Assembly: GCF_046119375.1 (NCBI RefSeq)
Contig: NW_027362769.1
Location: 51,708,001-51,772,000 of the forward strand
Length of the DNA: 64,000 nucleotides
Source of the DNA: Phyllobates terribilis
Taxonomy: Eukaryota
Direction: 5' to 3'
Shown here in pieces: positions 1 through 11,483 of the stretch (positions within the stretch are counted from its first letter, which is position 1; every line of letters starts with the position of its first letter). The position numbers and the translations under genes are program-made. The notes under the pieces are model-generated. The model searched no databases. It worked only from the letters and a program-made list of their open reading frames with translations, and was not told where the DNA came from.

Positions 1-271
1 GGGCTATACTCCTCCCGTGGGGAGTTATGCTACGCTCTGCTGCACCCACAACACCAGCCTCAGCGGTCTGCCCTGCAGCGGCGGTTCACTCTGACCGCAA
101 TCCACGGGTGGCATAGTTGGACGTTTAAACATCAAAACCACATAAATAGTTCCGCCACTGGTTTGACCGCCCTGAGCCACGGAACCGGGTCGCCGCCACG
201 GAGACTACAACCACCAGCATCCACCAAAAAGGGTCCGGCTCCAGGTGTCCCAAGGCCCAGGGGGCGCGTCA
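1..271 (+). mobile_element. 3' part of an LTR, same family as the solo LTR at 27979-29211
   Basis: Collinear similarity to 28940-29211 (CCCGTGG.GAG, GCAGCGGCGG, TGACCGCCCTG.GCCACGGA); ends CCAGGGGGCGCGTCA versus CCAGGGGGCGAGTCA; abuts the L1 RT remnant. Confidence 0.75.
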
Positions 272-720
272 GAACATTTTCATCACCTTTCATAATCACC
301 AATGGGACAAGGCAGGGATGTCCTCTGTCCCCTCTCTTATAGATCCTAGTGACGGAGCACCTGCTCTCATCAATTCGCCATAACCCCAATATTAGGTGGA
401 TTGAGGTGGGAGGCACCGAGTACAAGTGCTCTCTATTTGCTGATGATGTCCTAGTATATATCACTCAATCACATATATCCATCCCTGCTGTTATGGCTGA
501 AATAGATCACTTTGTTACATGGTCAAATTTTAAAATCAATGCAGCGAAGTCTGAGGCCCTCGATGTCTCCCTCCCCAAATCCATACAGGATTCCATCCAG
601 TCCAACTTTCCCTTTGCCTGGCCCTCACAGGGTATCAAATACTTAGGAATTCCTATTCATAGAGACCTCTCCCATCTATGTTATCTTAATTTTGGGCCCT
701 TTATTGAACAACTCCATACA
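272..720 (+). pseudogene. L1/Tx1-clade LINE reverse transcriptase fragment
   Basis: Translates to FIITNGTRQGCPLSPLL*...YKCSLFADDVLVYIT...SNFKINAAKSE...GIKYLGI: the QGCPLSP and (Y/F)ADD RT motifs, with an in-frame stop. Confidence 0.9.
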
Positions 721-722
721 GA

Positions 723-793
723 CCACGGTTGGCAAGTTAGAACTGTAAGATTCACTACGTGAACCACTGGTGTTTTGTGGAAAAGCACATGTA
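723..793 (-). pseudogene. hAT transposase fragment (left of Tc1 insertion)
   Basis: Near-identical to 3035-3105 of the hAT transposase. Confidence 0.85.
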
Positions 794-2150
794 CACTGTG
801 TTCCAAATTATTATGCAAAAAGTGTTTAGGAGTGATAAGGGAAGAATTTGTTTGTTTGTCAGTTAAACTCATTGATGGTGATGTGTGTCAGGGCTCTTTA
901 TATCACTGTAAGCAATTGCAGACACCTGTGCTAATTAGTTTGGCAGGTGTGTCCAATGAAAGGCAAGACTACTTAAGAAGGCTGTCCCACATTATTAAGC
1001 AGCCTACATTTTCTGCCAAAATGGGAAAGAAAAAGGATGTGTCGGCTGCTGAGAAGCAACAAATTGTGGAGTGTTTAGGTCAAGGCATGACTACAATCAG
1101 CATTGTGCGATGATCAGGATGAAGTGTCTTGGCAATCAAGAAGTATGTAGCTGATTCACAGTACACACGTGTGCGTGCTGATGAGGGCAAATTGAGGACT
1201 CTTTCCTACAGGCAATTACGTCAGGTTAAAAGAGCAGCGACAAAAAAGCCTTGTCATAGCAGCAGACAAGTTTTTGAAGCTGCTGGTGCCTCCAACGTCC
1301 CCCGAACAACAAGATGCAGAGTCCTTCAGAGGTTTGCAGCTGTGTGTACGCCATCCTGTCGACCTCCTCGATCCACTGCACACAAGCAGAAACGGCTCCA
1401 GTGGGCCAAACATTACATGAAGTCTGATTTCAAAACTGTTTTGTTCACGGATGAGTGCCGTACAACGCTCGATGGTCCAGATGGATGGAGTGGAGGATGG
1501 CTGGTTGATGGACACCCCACGCAAACACGGCTACAGCACCAACAAGGAGGAGGTGGAGTAATGTTTTGGGCTGGAATCATGGGGAGAGAGATTGTCGGCC
1601 CCTTTAGGATCCCTGAAAGGGTAAAGATGAACTCCATAATGTATGTGGAGTTTCTCAAACAGCACTTCCTGCCATCGTTCAAGAAGAAGAACCGTGTATT
1701 CCACAGCAAGATCATTTTCATGCATGATAATGCACCGTCTCATGCTGCATATAACACATCTGCATCTCTGGCTGATATGGGCATAAAAGGGGACAAACTT
1801 ATGGTGTGACCCCCATGCTCCCCTGACCTCTACCCCATTCAGAACCTCTGGAGCATCATCAAAAGGAGTGTCTATGATGGCGGGAGGCAGTTCACATCTA
1901 AGCAACAGCTCTGGGAGGGTATTCTGTCCTCATGCAAAACAATTGAAGCAGAAACCATCCAAAACCTGACAAATTCAATGGACGAGAGAGTTCAGAAGCT
2001 CCTTTCGAACAAGGGGTGCTATGTGCAAATATAACATCACCTAGAATAAAGTTTTGAGTTGAAAACTGTTTGATTTCAGTTTCTAATAACCTGCCAATGC
2101 TTATAATTTCAAAAATGACCATTTTTTTGTCTTTATTAAAATGGAAAGGT
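794..2150 (+). mobile_element. Tc1/mariner element, right end deleted
   Basis: TA|CACTGTGTTCCAAATTATTATGCAAA left end; no matching right TIR; contains a Tc1 transposase. Confidence 0.9.
1021..2034 (+). pseudogene. Tc1 DD34E transposase, disrupted
   Basis: MGKKKD... start; FTDEC, MHDNAPSH, then V*PPCSPDLYPIQNLW (conserved W is a stop, catalytic E is Q); further stop near 1111; ends GCYVQI*. Confidence 0.92.
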
Positions 2151-2165
2151 TGATCGAAGAGTGTG

Positions 2166-2280
2166 GGGGATCTAAGAGTGTGGCAACCCAGTAGTCAGGA
2201 TTACTTCGAATTCTGACAATCTGAGGGTCATGTTGCAGGTAGTGCAGCAAGAAGGCACTTATGTGTCTTGCGCATCTCGG
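2166..2280 (-). pseudogene. hAT transposase fragment (right of Tc1 insertion)
   Basis: Near-identical to 3194-3308. Confidence 0.85.
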
Positions 2281-2552
2281 AGCCCCAAAATAATTTTCCG
2301 GGCTAGATGCAGCTAAAAATTATTATTAATTTTAAATCTGGTGGAGCTTAGTATAGATGGCCTAATAGAATCAGTACTGCACACTGCTACAAAGCCCAAA
2401 TTATTTTCCAGCCAAGATACAGATAAACATGATTAGTAATTTTAAATCTGGTTGAGCTTAGTATAGATGGCCTAATAGAATCAGTACTGCACACTGCTAC
2501 AAAGCCCAAATAATTTTCCAGCCAAGATACAGATAAACATGATTAGTAATTT
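2281..2552. repeat. 110-bp tandem repeat, about 2.5 units
   Basis: GTATAGATGGCCTAATAGAA at 2351 and 2461; related to the array at 6385-6893. Confidence 0.9.
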
Positions 2553-2558
2553 GAAAGC

Positions 2559-5500
2559 TTAAAATGGTTGGTGAGGTGATTTTAACTCTCCCCAGGATGA
2601 CACAGGGGTAGAAAAGTCGTTTCGGATCCATGATTTGTTCATCTTTATGAACGTGAGTCTGTCTACATTATCAGTGGAGAGCCGCGTGCGCTTATCTGTC
2701 AGCACACCACCAGCAGCGCTGAACACACGTTCAGACAGAACGCTGGCTGCGGGGCATGACAAGATCTCCAAGGCGTAAGTGGCTAGCTTCGGCCATTTAT
2801 CCAGATTGGAAGCCCAAAAAGAGCAAGGGTCCAGTGACACAGTCATGGCTTCAATGTTTACTTGGAGATACTCCTGTACCATCGTCTCTAGGCGTTGACT
2901 ATGTGTCAGACTTCTTGTCTCCTGTGGCCTTGCAAAGGATGGGCTAAAAAAGTGGTGAAATGATTCTGCAAAATTGATGTTACCAGCAGATACTGTGTTT
3001 CTGTTACGGTTTGAGTGCTGAACACTCGACGGTCCCACGGTTGGCAAGTTGGAACTGTGAGATTCACTACGTGCACCACTGGTGTTTTGTGGAAACGCAC
3101 ATGTAAGATTCTGCAACAGTCTCTGCTGATACTCCTGCATGCGTGCATCCCTTTCTATGGCAGGAATAATTTCTGCAAATTTACTTTTGTACCGGGGATC
3201 TAACAGTGTGGCAACCCAGTAGTCAGGATTATTTCTAATTCTCACAATTCGAGGGTCATGTTGCAGGTAGTGCAGCAAGAAGGCACTCATGTGTCTTGCG
3301 CATCCAGGAGCACCAAGTCCCTGTTGTGTTGGTGGCGAGGAAACAATCATGCTTCTTTCTTCTGTCCTCTCCCCCCCAACCTTGCACAACAGAAATGTGA
3401 TCAAGGTCTCCCTCATCTGATGAGTCTTCCATCAGTTCGTCCTCCACTTCTTCCTGGGCTCCTGCACCTTCCTCACTAGTTTGGCTGCTACCATGCGCCC
3501 TGGTAAAACCATCTCCCCCACCCTCACATGCCTGCCGCCTTGGTGCTGCCGACCGTCTGGACCTTTCAGATGTTAGCCCTTCCGCATACAATTCTTCCTC
3601 CTCTACTTCCACCACCTCCTCTTGTGCCACCACCTGACTCCGAATTCTGTTTAACATGTGAATCACCGGAATAGTCATGCTGATAATGGCATCGTCAGCA
3701 CTAAACATCTTCGTCGCCATTTCAAAACTGTGCAGAAGGGTGCATAGGTCCCTGATCTGAGACCACTCCTCCAGCGTGATTTGCCCCACCTCTGGATCTC
3801 GTTGGCCCAGGCTGTACGTCAGAACGTATTGCACCAGGGCTTGTCGGTGCTGCCACAGTCGCTGCAACATGTGCAGAGTTGAATTCCATCGAATAGGCAC
3901 ATCGCATTTTAGCCGGTGAAGTGGCAGGCCCAACGACTTCTGTAGAGATGTAAGTCGCTGAGCTGCGGGATGCGAATGGCAGAAGTGAGCACACAGCGAC
4001 CATGCCCTCTGCAGAAGGCCATCTAGTCCGGGATAGTGGGCTAAAAATTGCTGGACAACCAGGTTCAACACGTGAGCCATACAAGGCACGTGTGTGACAT
4101 TGCCCCGGCGAAGGGCCGCACCCAGGTTTGCAGCATTGTGGCACACGGCCTTCCCTGGTTTCAGGTCCGGTGGAGACAACCATTCATGAAATTGGTTCTC
4201 CAGTGCTGACCACAACTCCTCAGCTGTGTGACTCACATTTCCCAGACATTTCAAAGTAGAAACCGCCTGATGATGTTGAGCCCTACTGCCAGCATAGTAA
4301 GGAGGTGTGCAGGATCCCTTCTGCGCAGTTAGAAAGCTTGTGGCATGACCAGACAGGCTTTGGGTGCAGGTGGAGGACCGAGAGGAGGTTGAGGAGGCAG
4401 AAGCAGTGGAGGAACTTTGAGATAAAGAGGATTGACGCACAACTCGTGGGGACGGCAAGACTTGGACAGCAGCCCCTTGTCCTGCTGTCACCATAGTTAC
4501 CCAGTGCCCAGTCAGCGACATGTAACGCCCCTGTCCATGCCTACTCGTCCAAGTGTCTGTGGCGAAATGCACCCTGTCACACACAGTTTCACAAAGAAGC
4601 GGTGATGTTGTGTGCGACATGCTGGTGGAGCGCAGGCACACCTTTCTTTGAGAAGTAGTGCCGACTGGGCATCTGGTACTGGGGCACTGCGACGGACATA
4701 AGGTCTCGAAAATCCTCTGTGTCCACCAGGTGGAAAGGCAGCATTTCTGTAGCCAAGAGCTTGCAGATGGTGAAATTCAACCTCTTAGCTTTCTCATGGC
4801 TAGGAGGAAATGGTCTTTTACTTGTCCACATCTGAGGGACCGAGGGCTGGCTGTTGTGCTTAGACAGGGTTGATAAGGGTGTCCCCGGCAAACTGCCGGT
4901 CTGTGAGGAAGATGCAGGCGGACATGTTAGGTTGCCTTGATCCAAAGGTGGTGCTATCGATGTCGGACAGCGCTCAACACCAGCTGGTGTTACCACCTCC
5001 AAAGAAAATGATGACCTGCCAATCACGCTGGCTGTTGCGGGTAATGAGGTGGCAGGTCTGCGTCCCAAAACAAGTGTGACTGCTGTCCCCCCAGTCACAG
5101 AGGATGAAGAGGCCGCGGATGCACAAGATGTGGCAGACAGTGGTTGGCCCGGCCGGCTAGGCCGCATTGTAGCACAGTGAGCTTCCCACTGCAACTTATG
5201 CTTCATGGCCATGTGCCGGTTCATGCATGAAGTACTCAAACTATGTATTTTTTGGCCTCTACTTAGCTTTTGCTGACAAATGTTACAGATAACACGAGTT
5301 GGGTCATCTTTATCTATCTGAAAAAATGCCCAGGCTATGCAAGGCTTAGCACCCATGCGACCTGAAGAGCCACCACGACTTGTGGTGAGAGGCAAAGTTG
5401 TGTTTGAGGATGCAGTTGTTTACGTGCTTCCAGTACTACGTCTCTGTCCAGGAAGGCGCAACCTGACCTCATCGTCACTAGCATTCTCCTCCACCTCCTC

Positions 5501-6271
5501 TGCTGACCTCATCTCTTGGCTGACTGTGGGTTGACAGTAAGTGGGATCTCCAACCTCATCATCATCACCCTGTGTGTTATCACACCCGTCGTCCTCAGAG
5601 CCAACCTGTTCTTGCCTTGATAAAAAACTAAAGTTGTCGCTCCAATCAGGTATTTGAGTCTCATCATCGTCTTCCTCATTGTCTCCACCAACAGGAGTTA
5701 CAGTTTGGGAATGAGGGTCTACATTATGGTCAGAACCTTCTGCGTCTCGTCCTGGATCCGACTCATAAAGATTCTGGGCATCAGTGCAGATCATTTCCTC
5801 GTCTGGATTCACTGAAGCACTGGAGCCAACCTCTGATTCCCAGGCTATAGTATGAGTAAACAGCTCTGCAGACTCAACCATCTGTTCTACCTCATACTCA
5901 GACGGGCCGCTGGAGATTTGGGAGCTGTGAGGAAGCAAGTGCGATTGGGGTGACACCTCTGAGGACTGGAGTATTTGTGATGTTGAAGTTGATGTGGAGG
6001 AGAGCCCACTTAAAGGAGCACTTGATATCCGTTGAAGCACCTGCTGTCTTTGTGCCTCATCTGGAATTTGTAGCGATTAGCGTGGCCGTAAGAAAGGGAT
6101 CTTATCACATTGTCCGCTAAAAGAAGTAGACATTTTAGTTTGGCTGGAAGATGGTCTTTCTTCTGCAGATGTTACTGTTGCTTTAACACCTACCCCACGG
6201 ACACAACCTTTTTTCCCCTTCCCAACACGCCTATTCCCCTTTCCACCAGCAGCAGGCCTTTTTCCACTCAT
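2559..6271 (-). pseudogene. hAT transposase (BED finger, ZBED-like), frameshifted; copy 1
   Basis: Five frames: basic/acidic N-terminus; BED finger (AWAFF..CNIC..HMAMKH); catalytic ATDTWTS; CMAHVLNL; PIRWNST; dimerization domain WPKLATYALEILSCPAASVLSERVFS. Confidence 0.95.
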
Positions 6272-6384
6272 TTTGGTGGTTAACTAATTCACAACTCTGG
6301 AGTTGTTTGCACAAAAAAACTATGGATGGGAACCGAGCAGAGCTGAGTGGCCAAACTGTGGTATTAGGCCAAAACTATTGGCTG

Positions 6385-6893
6385 GGTTAGGTGCAGAAAA
6401 AATTGATATTCAATTTGCAACCTGATGGAGGTCAGTATAGATGGACGAATAGACCAAGTCCCACACACTGCTAGAAGCCCAAATATTTTTTCAGAGCTAG
6501 ATGCAGATAAAAATTATTTTTAATTTGCAACCTGATGGAGGTCAGTATAGATGGACTAATAGAACAAGTCCCACACACTGCTGGAAGCCCAAATATTTTT
6601 TCAGAGCTAGATGCAGATAAAAATTATTTTTAATTTGCAACCTGATGGAGGTCAGTATAGATGGACTAATAGACCAAGTCCCACACACTGCTAGAAGCCC
6701 AAATATTTTTTCAGAGCTAGATGCAGAAAAAAATTATATTCAATTTGCAACCTGATGGAGGTCAGTATAGATGGACTAATAGACCAAGTCCCACACACTG
6801 CTAGAAGCCCAAATATTTTTTCAGAGCTAGATGCAGATAAAAATTATATTCAATTTGCAACCTGATGGAGGTCAGTATAGATGGACTAATAGA
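6385..6893. repeat. 110-bp tandem repeat, about 4.6 units
   Basis: AATTTGCAACCTGATGGAGGTCAGTATAGATGG recurs with blocks at 6411, 6521, 6631, 6741 and 6851. Confidence 0.95.
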
Positions 6894-7649
6894 ATGATGC
6901 TATGCTCAAAAGGTTTTACTTCACTAGGTGCAGTAAAAAAATTGGTATTCTATACACAGGTGGTGTATCTTACAACACAGATAGGCTACTCCACTGACTA
7001 ACACACTCTGCAATAGGCCAAAAAGGATTAGCTTTGCTAGATTTAGCCAAATGCTGTGAAAAAAACTTGCACAGCACTGGCACAGACCTGCCTGGCAAAA
7101 CCTGATAGGAACTGATGTAACTTAGTCCTGAAAAGGACTGCAATTACAATTAGTCTTTACTCCCACAACCTATCTATTTAAGAGCACAGACCTGCCTGAT
7201 AAAAGTCGTAGGAAATGCTGTAACCTAGTCCTTAAAAGGACTGCAATCACAACTATTCCCTACTCCCAAGCTATCTGTAGATTTGTGCGAAAATTGGCTT
7301 GAAATTAACAAGGTATAGCGCACACCGCAACAGCGGTGCCGTCTAACACGCAGCTGCAGCAGTGAGAAAATGGTGGCGACGGGGAAAATGGCTGGGTCTT
7401 ATAGGGCAAGGACATGTGACATACACTGCTAATGACACATGCCCTTGCTTGTGTGAAAAAAAGCACTTCGCTCCGTGTGTGCGCTGCTGATAGGCTGACA
7501 GATTGCACCCCCCCACTGTAAATGCGGGAAAGAGAAAAAAAAAGGGAGATCTTCATTATTCCTGCAGAGATCCATCCCCTGCCCCTCCCCCCACCCCGCT
7601 GTACACTCAAACTGCGTATTAACATTAATTTTCAGCATTACTGAGAAAA

Positions 7650-7810
7650 AATCCAGTTATGATTTTGGTGCACGAACAGTTATTGAATATAACCTCGAAC
7701 AGCCGAATTTTTTTCAAATCGTTCGTGGTCGCCGAACGGCTCGAACACCGCACAAAACAGCTCGAATTTGAGATTGGCGAACAGTTCGAGTCGAACAACG
7801 CTCATCTCTA
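7650..7810 (-). mobile_element. Terminus (5' end) of hAT copy 1
   Basis: CGAAC/TTCG subterminal repeats ending CGCTCATCTCTA (TIR TAGAGATGAGCG); partner TIR not found in the window. Confidence 0.8.
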
Positions 7811-8022
7811 ATTGTGTGACCAACTTATGAGGAGAGTTCTGCTTTCAAATGGTGCATTTATACTAAAAAAAATAATTAAAAAATAAAAATAAAAAAAACC
7901 TTATTCTCACCTCTCTGGCGGCCCCCGGTCTCCTCCCAGCGGCGATCCTCTTTTCTCGGCGGCCCGCAGTGTACTGGCAGGACCTGCGGTGACGTCATTT
8001 AATCAGCTGATGGTCACGCGAC

Positions 8023-8687
8023 TGTAATACAAGGAGAAAAGTCTTTCAGAGAATCAGTGCGAGATGTATGTAATAAGGAGAAAGAGCGCCATCTGATGAG
8101 CATTTCATGTTTGGACGCTGGACCCGGTCAGGTGACCTCCAGCAGAGACTTTCAAAATTTAACGGTCGAGCGCACAGTGCCTGAGCTGATTTCGGCGCCA
8201 GAAACAGGAAGAGATGTGACGCAGGCCAAACGCGCTGAAGGAACCAGTGAGAGAGACTGGGGTGAAAGTCGCGTAAGGTAAGACGGGTGGCTGCCGGTGA
8301 ACGAGTGCGGGATTCAGCGCAGCGGTCCCTCGGGTGTCACTGCTACGGAAGAGGACCGGGACTTGGATACGACATTAAGGAAATGTACAAGACCCTCCTA
8401 CCCACGACGTGTTAAACCACCCCGATTGACAGGACAAAGAGAGGATAGAAACAAGTCGTGCCGGAGAGATCACGTCAGCAAAAGCCGACGAGTGTCATCA
8501 CTGAACAGGGCTGTCACTTCAACCGCTCCCTCACGGTACCGGGAACAATCGGGTTTAGGGTATCAGGTTGGGAGGGGGACGGGTGAGGTGGAACAAGCCA
8601 AAAGGGATCTAATTGACTTTGTCAGAAAAAGACTTAAAGGCCTAGTGGGAATAACCGGAGACCCCCGCTAGGACCACCTGCATTACA
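8023..8687 (+). mobile_element. Ty3/Gypsy 5' LTR
   Basis: TGTAA...TTACA termini followed by a PBS and gag; an alternative TGTAA start lies at 8069. Confidence 0.7.
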
Positions 8688-8689
8688 TT

Positions 8690-8706
8690 TGGCGCAGTCG
8701 GCAGGA
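8690..8706 (+). promoter_or_regulatory. Primer-binding site, tRNA-Ser type
   Basis: TGGCGCAGTCGGCAGGA two nt after the LTR end; 16/17 complementary to the vertebrate tRNA-Ser 3' end as I recall it (UCCUGCCGACUACGCCA). Confidence 0.75.
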
Positions 8707-8759
8707 TGCAACATTCAGACGCAGAGATGGGGGATCAGTCTGTGACCGGGTCTGTCAGT

Positions 8760-9600
8760 GGACATATACCCTTGGGGGCTATGCTCAGTTACCTTCCCAA
8801 ATTTACGGGGGATGGTACGTCACTGTGGGACTGAGTAGAGAAACTGAAAAGTATGCTACGCATGTATCCCCTTAATCCCCTAGCCCAGGCAGAGTTGGCC
8901 CTTTTAACCCTTGATGTGGAAGCCCGACAGATTGTAATGTACCGCCCACCCAGGGACCGTGACACTGTAGACAGAGTGATCAAAATTCTGGAAGACATAC
9001 ACGGTGATACTACAGATCTGGGGCATTTACGGTTGCAGATATTTCAGAGAGTTCAAAAGGAAAATGAATGAATGCATTGCAGGAAGTGACAGCCCATATC
9101 ATTAAGAAGGTGGGAATCAAGGACTGGGATCATTAGATGAAATATTGCACAACCAATTGATTGCTGGCTTAAAAGACCCCTCCCTGAGACAGATCTTAAA
9201 GGAGCAGCTACGCCTGAGGCCTGGCCTAGGTTTCTTAGAGATTGGGGCGCAAGCTAGAGTCTTGGAGGAAGAAGTTCCTGTTCTCAAGGCCAATGTCAGA
9301 AGTCATGAGGCAATAACCCCTCTTCCACCCAATTCTCAGCACGCTGCTTTCAGTCAGCTGACCGATTGGGCACAAGAGATACATCAAGAGATTCGAGACC
9401 TTCAAAATGAACTGAGCACTACTAGAGAGACCCCTGCAGCTCCCTTGTTAATGGACGGAGACAAGAGCAAGGATGACCTTCCTATCAGGTTCCAACAAGT
9501 CGTGCACTCAGTACACCGGTAGAGCGAGGACCGGAGTGTTGGACCTGTGGCGGTAGAGGTCATATCTCCAGAGACTGTCCGAATAAAGAAAAGAGGAGAT
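8760..9600 (+). pseudogene. Gypsy gag, disrupted
   Basis: LPKFTGDG..., NQLIAGLKDPSLRQ; zinc knuckle CWTCGGRGHISRDC (CX2CX4HX4C) at about 9536-9580. Confidence 0.9.
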
Positions 9601-11082
9601 GAGGGCAGCCATTAAACTAAGACTCCCCACGGTCATAGAGCATACCGTGGGGTTTCAAACTTCAGGGCGTGTAAGGAGAACCTCTGAAGACATTGTCTCC
9701 GAGAGGCCTATTATTTGGGCTGAATTCAATGGACAGCGGATTAGTTGTTTAACCCCTTTACAACCCAAGGTGGTTTGCATGTTAATGACCAGGCCATTTT
9801 TTACAATTCTGACCTCTGTCACTTTATGAGGTAATTACTCTGGAACGCTTCAACGGATCCCCCTGATTCTGAGATTGTTTTTTCGTGACATATTGTACTT
9901 CATGATTGTGGTAAAATTTCGATATCACTTGCGTTTATTTGTGAAAAAAATGGAAATTTCAGAGAGATACAGTATGTCACACAAAATAGTTAATAAATAA
10001 CATTTCCCACGTGTTTACTTTACATCAGCACAATTTTGGAACCAAAATTTTTTTTTGTTATGGAGCTATAAGGGTTAAAAGTTGACCAGCGATTACTCAT
10101 TTTTCCAGCAAAATGTACAAAACCATTTTTCTAGGGACCACATCACATTTGAAGTCACTTTGAGAGGTTTTTATGACAGAAAATACCCCAAAGTGACACC
10201 ATTCTAAAAAGTACACCCCTCAAGGTGCTCAAAACCACATTCAAGAACTTTATTAACCCTTCAGGTGCTTCACAGGAATTTTTGGAATGTGGAAGAAAAA
10301 AATGAACATTTAACTTTTTTCACAAAAATGTTACTTTAGACCCAATTTTTTTTATTTTCGCAGGGGTAACAGGAAAAAATGGACCCCAAAATTTGTTGTG
10401 CAATTTCCCCTGGGCACGCAGATACCCCATATGTGGGGAAAAACTACTGTTTGGGCGCACGGCAGGGCTCGGAAGGGAAGGAGCGCCATTTGAATTTTCG
10501 ATTGTAAAATTTGCTTGAATAATTAGCGGACGCCATGTTGCGTTTGGAGAGCCCCTGATGTGCCTAAACAGTGGAAACCCCCCACAAGTGACCCCATTTT
10601 GGAAACTAGACCCCCCCTGGGAACTTATCTAGATGGGTGGTGAGCATTTTGAACCCCCAGGTGCTTCACAAATTAATCCGTAAAAATGAAAAAGTATTTT
10701 TTTTTCCACTTTTTAATTTTTACAAATCAATTTGTGAAGCATCTTGGGGTTCCAAGTGCTCACTATGCATCTAGATAGGTGCCTTGGGGGGTCTAGTTTC
10801 CAAAATGGGGTCACTTGTGGGGGAGCTCCAATGTTTAGGCACACAGGGGCTCTCCAAACGCAACATGGTGTCCGCTAACAATTTGAGCTGATTTTCCATT
10901 CAATTTGTTAGCGGACACCATGACACGTTTGGAGAGCCCCTGTGTGCCTAAACAGTGGAAACCCCCCACAAGCGACCCCATTTTGGAAACTAGATCCCTC
11001 AAGGATTTTATCAAGGGGTATAGTGAACATTTTGAACCCAGAATTTGATAACATTAGGTCATCATATTGAATAAGTTGTCAT

Positions 11083-11384
11083 TAGTCTTGAGCGCAAGTG
11101 CTCGCTACTTGAGTTTGCATCGGGTACTCAGGTATGCACCATGTACAGCGTGTGCTCGAGTGACATGCTCGAGTCCCTGCCCTGCATGTTTCACGGTTAT
11201 TAGACACCCCAAATAGAAACATGCGGGGATCGCTCGTGCATGGCAGGCAATCACCGCAAAGTTTTTTTGGCCGCGAAGCATATGGGGCGGAGACTCGAGC
11301 TTGTCACTCAAATACCCATGATACTCAATGCATACCAGAACACCCGATGCAAACTCAAGTAGCGAGCACTTGCGCTCAACACTA
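11083..11384. mobile_element. hAT-type MITE inside piggyBac copy A
   Basis: TIR about 40 bp (TAGTCTTGAGCGCAAGTGCTCG / CGAGCACTTGCGCTCAACACTA); 8-bp TSD GTTGTCAT/GTTGCCAT. Confidence 0.85.
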
Positions 11385-11426
11385 GTTGCCATATCGTCAT
11401 CTTTTTTTCTTACTTTTGAAAAAAAT

Positions 11427-11483
11427 CCCAACCCCATCACAACCCTAACCCCAACCCTAACCCCAACCCCAGCCATAACCCTA
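11427..11483 (+). repeat. Short telomere-like (CCCTAA/CCCCAA) tract
   Basis: AACCCTAACCCCAACCCTAACCCCAACCCCAGCCATAACCCTA. Confidence 0.8.

Noticed and set aside
2559-6271. Domesticated ZBED host gene (also 19758-23061)
   Set aside because: Multiple frameshifts, TIRs/TSD and two related copies indicate transposons.
6385-6893. CRISPR-like array
   Set aside because: Units repeat over their whole length with no unique spacers, no cas genes are present, and the context is eukaryotic TE.
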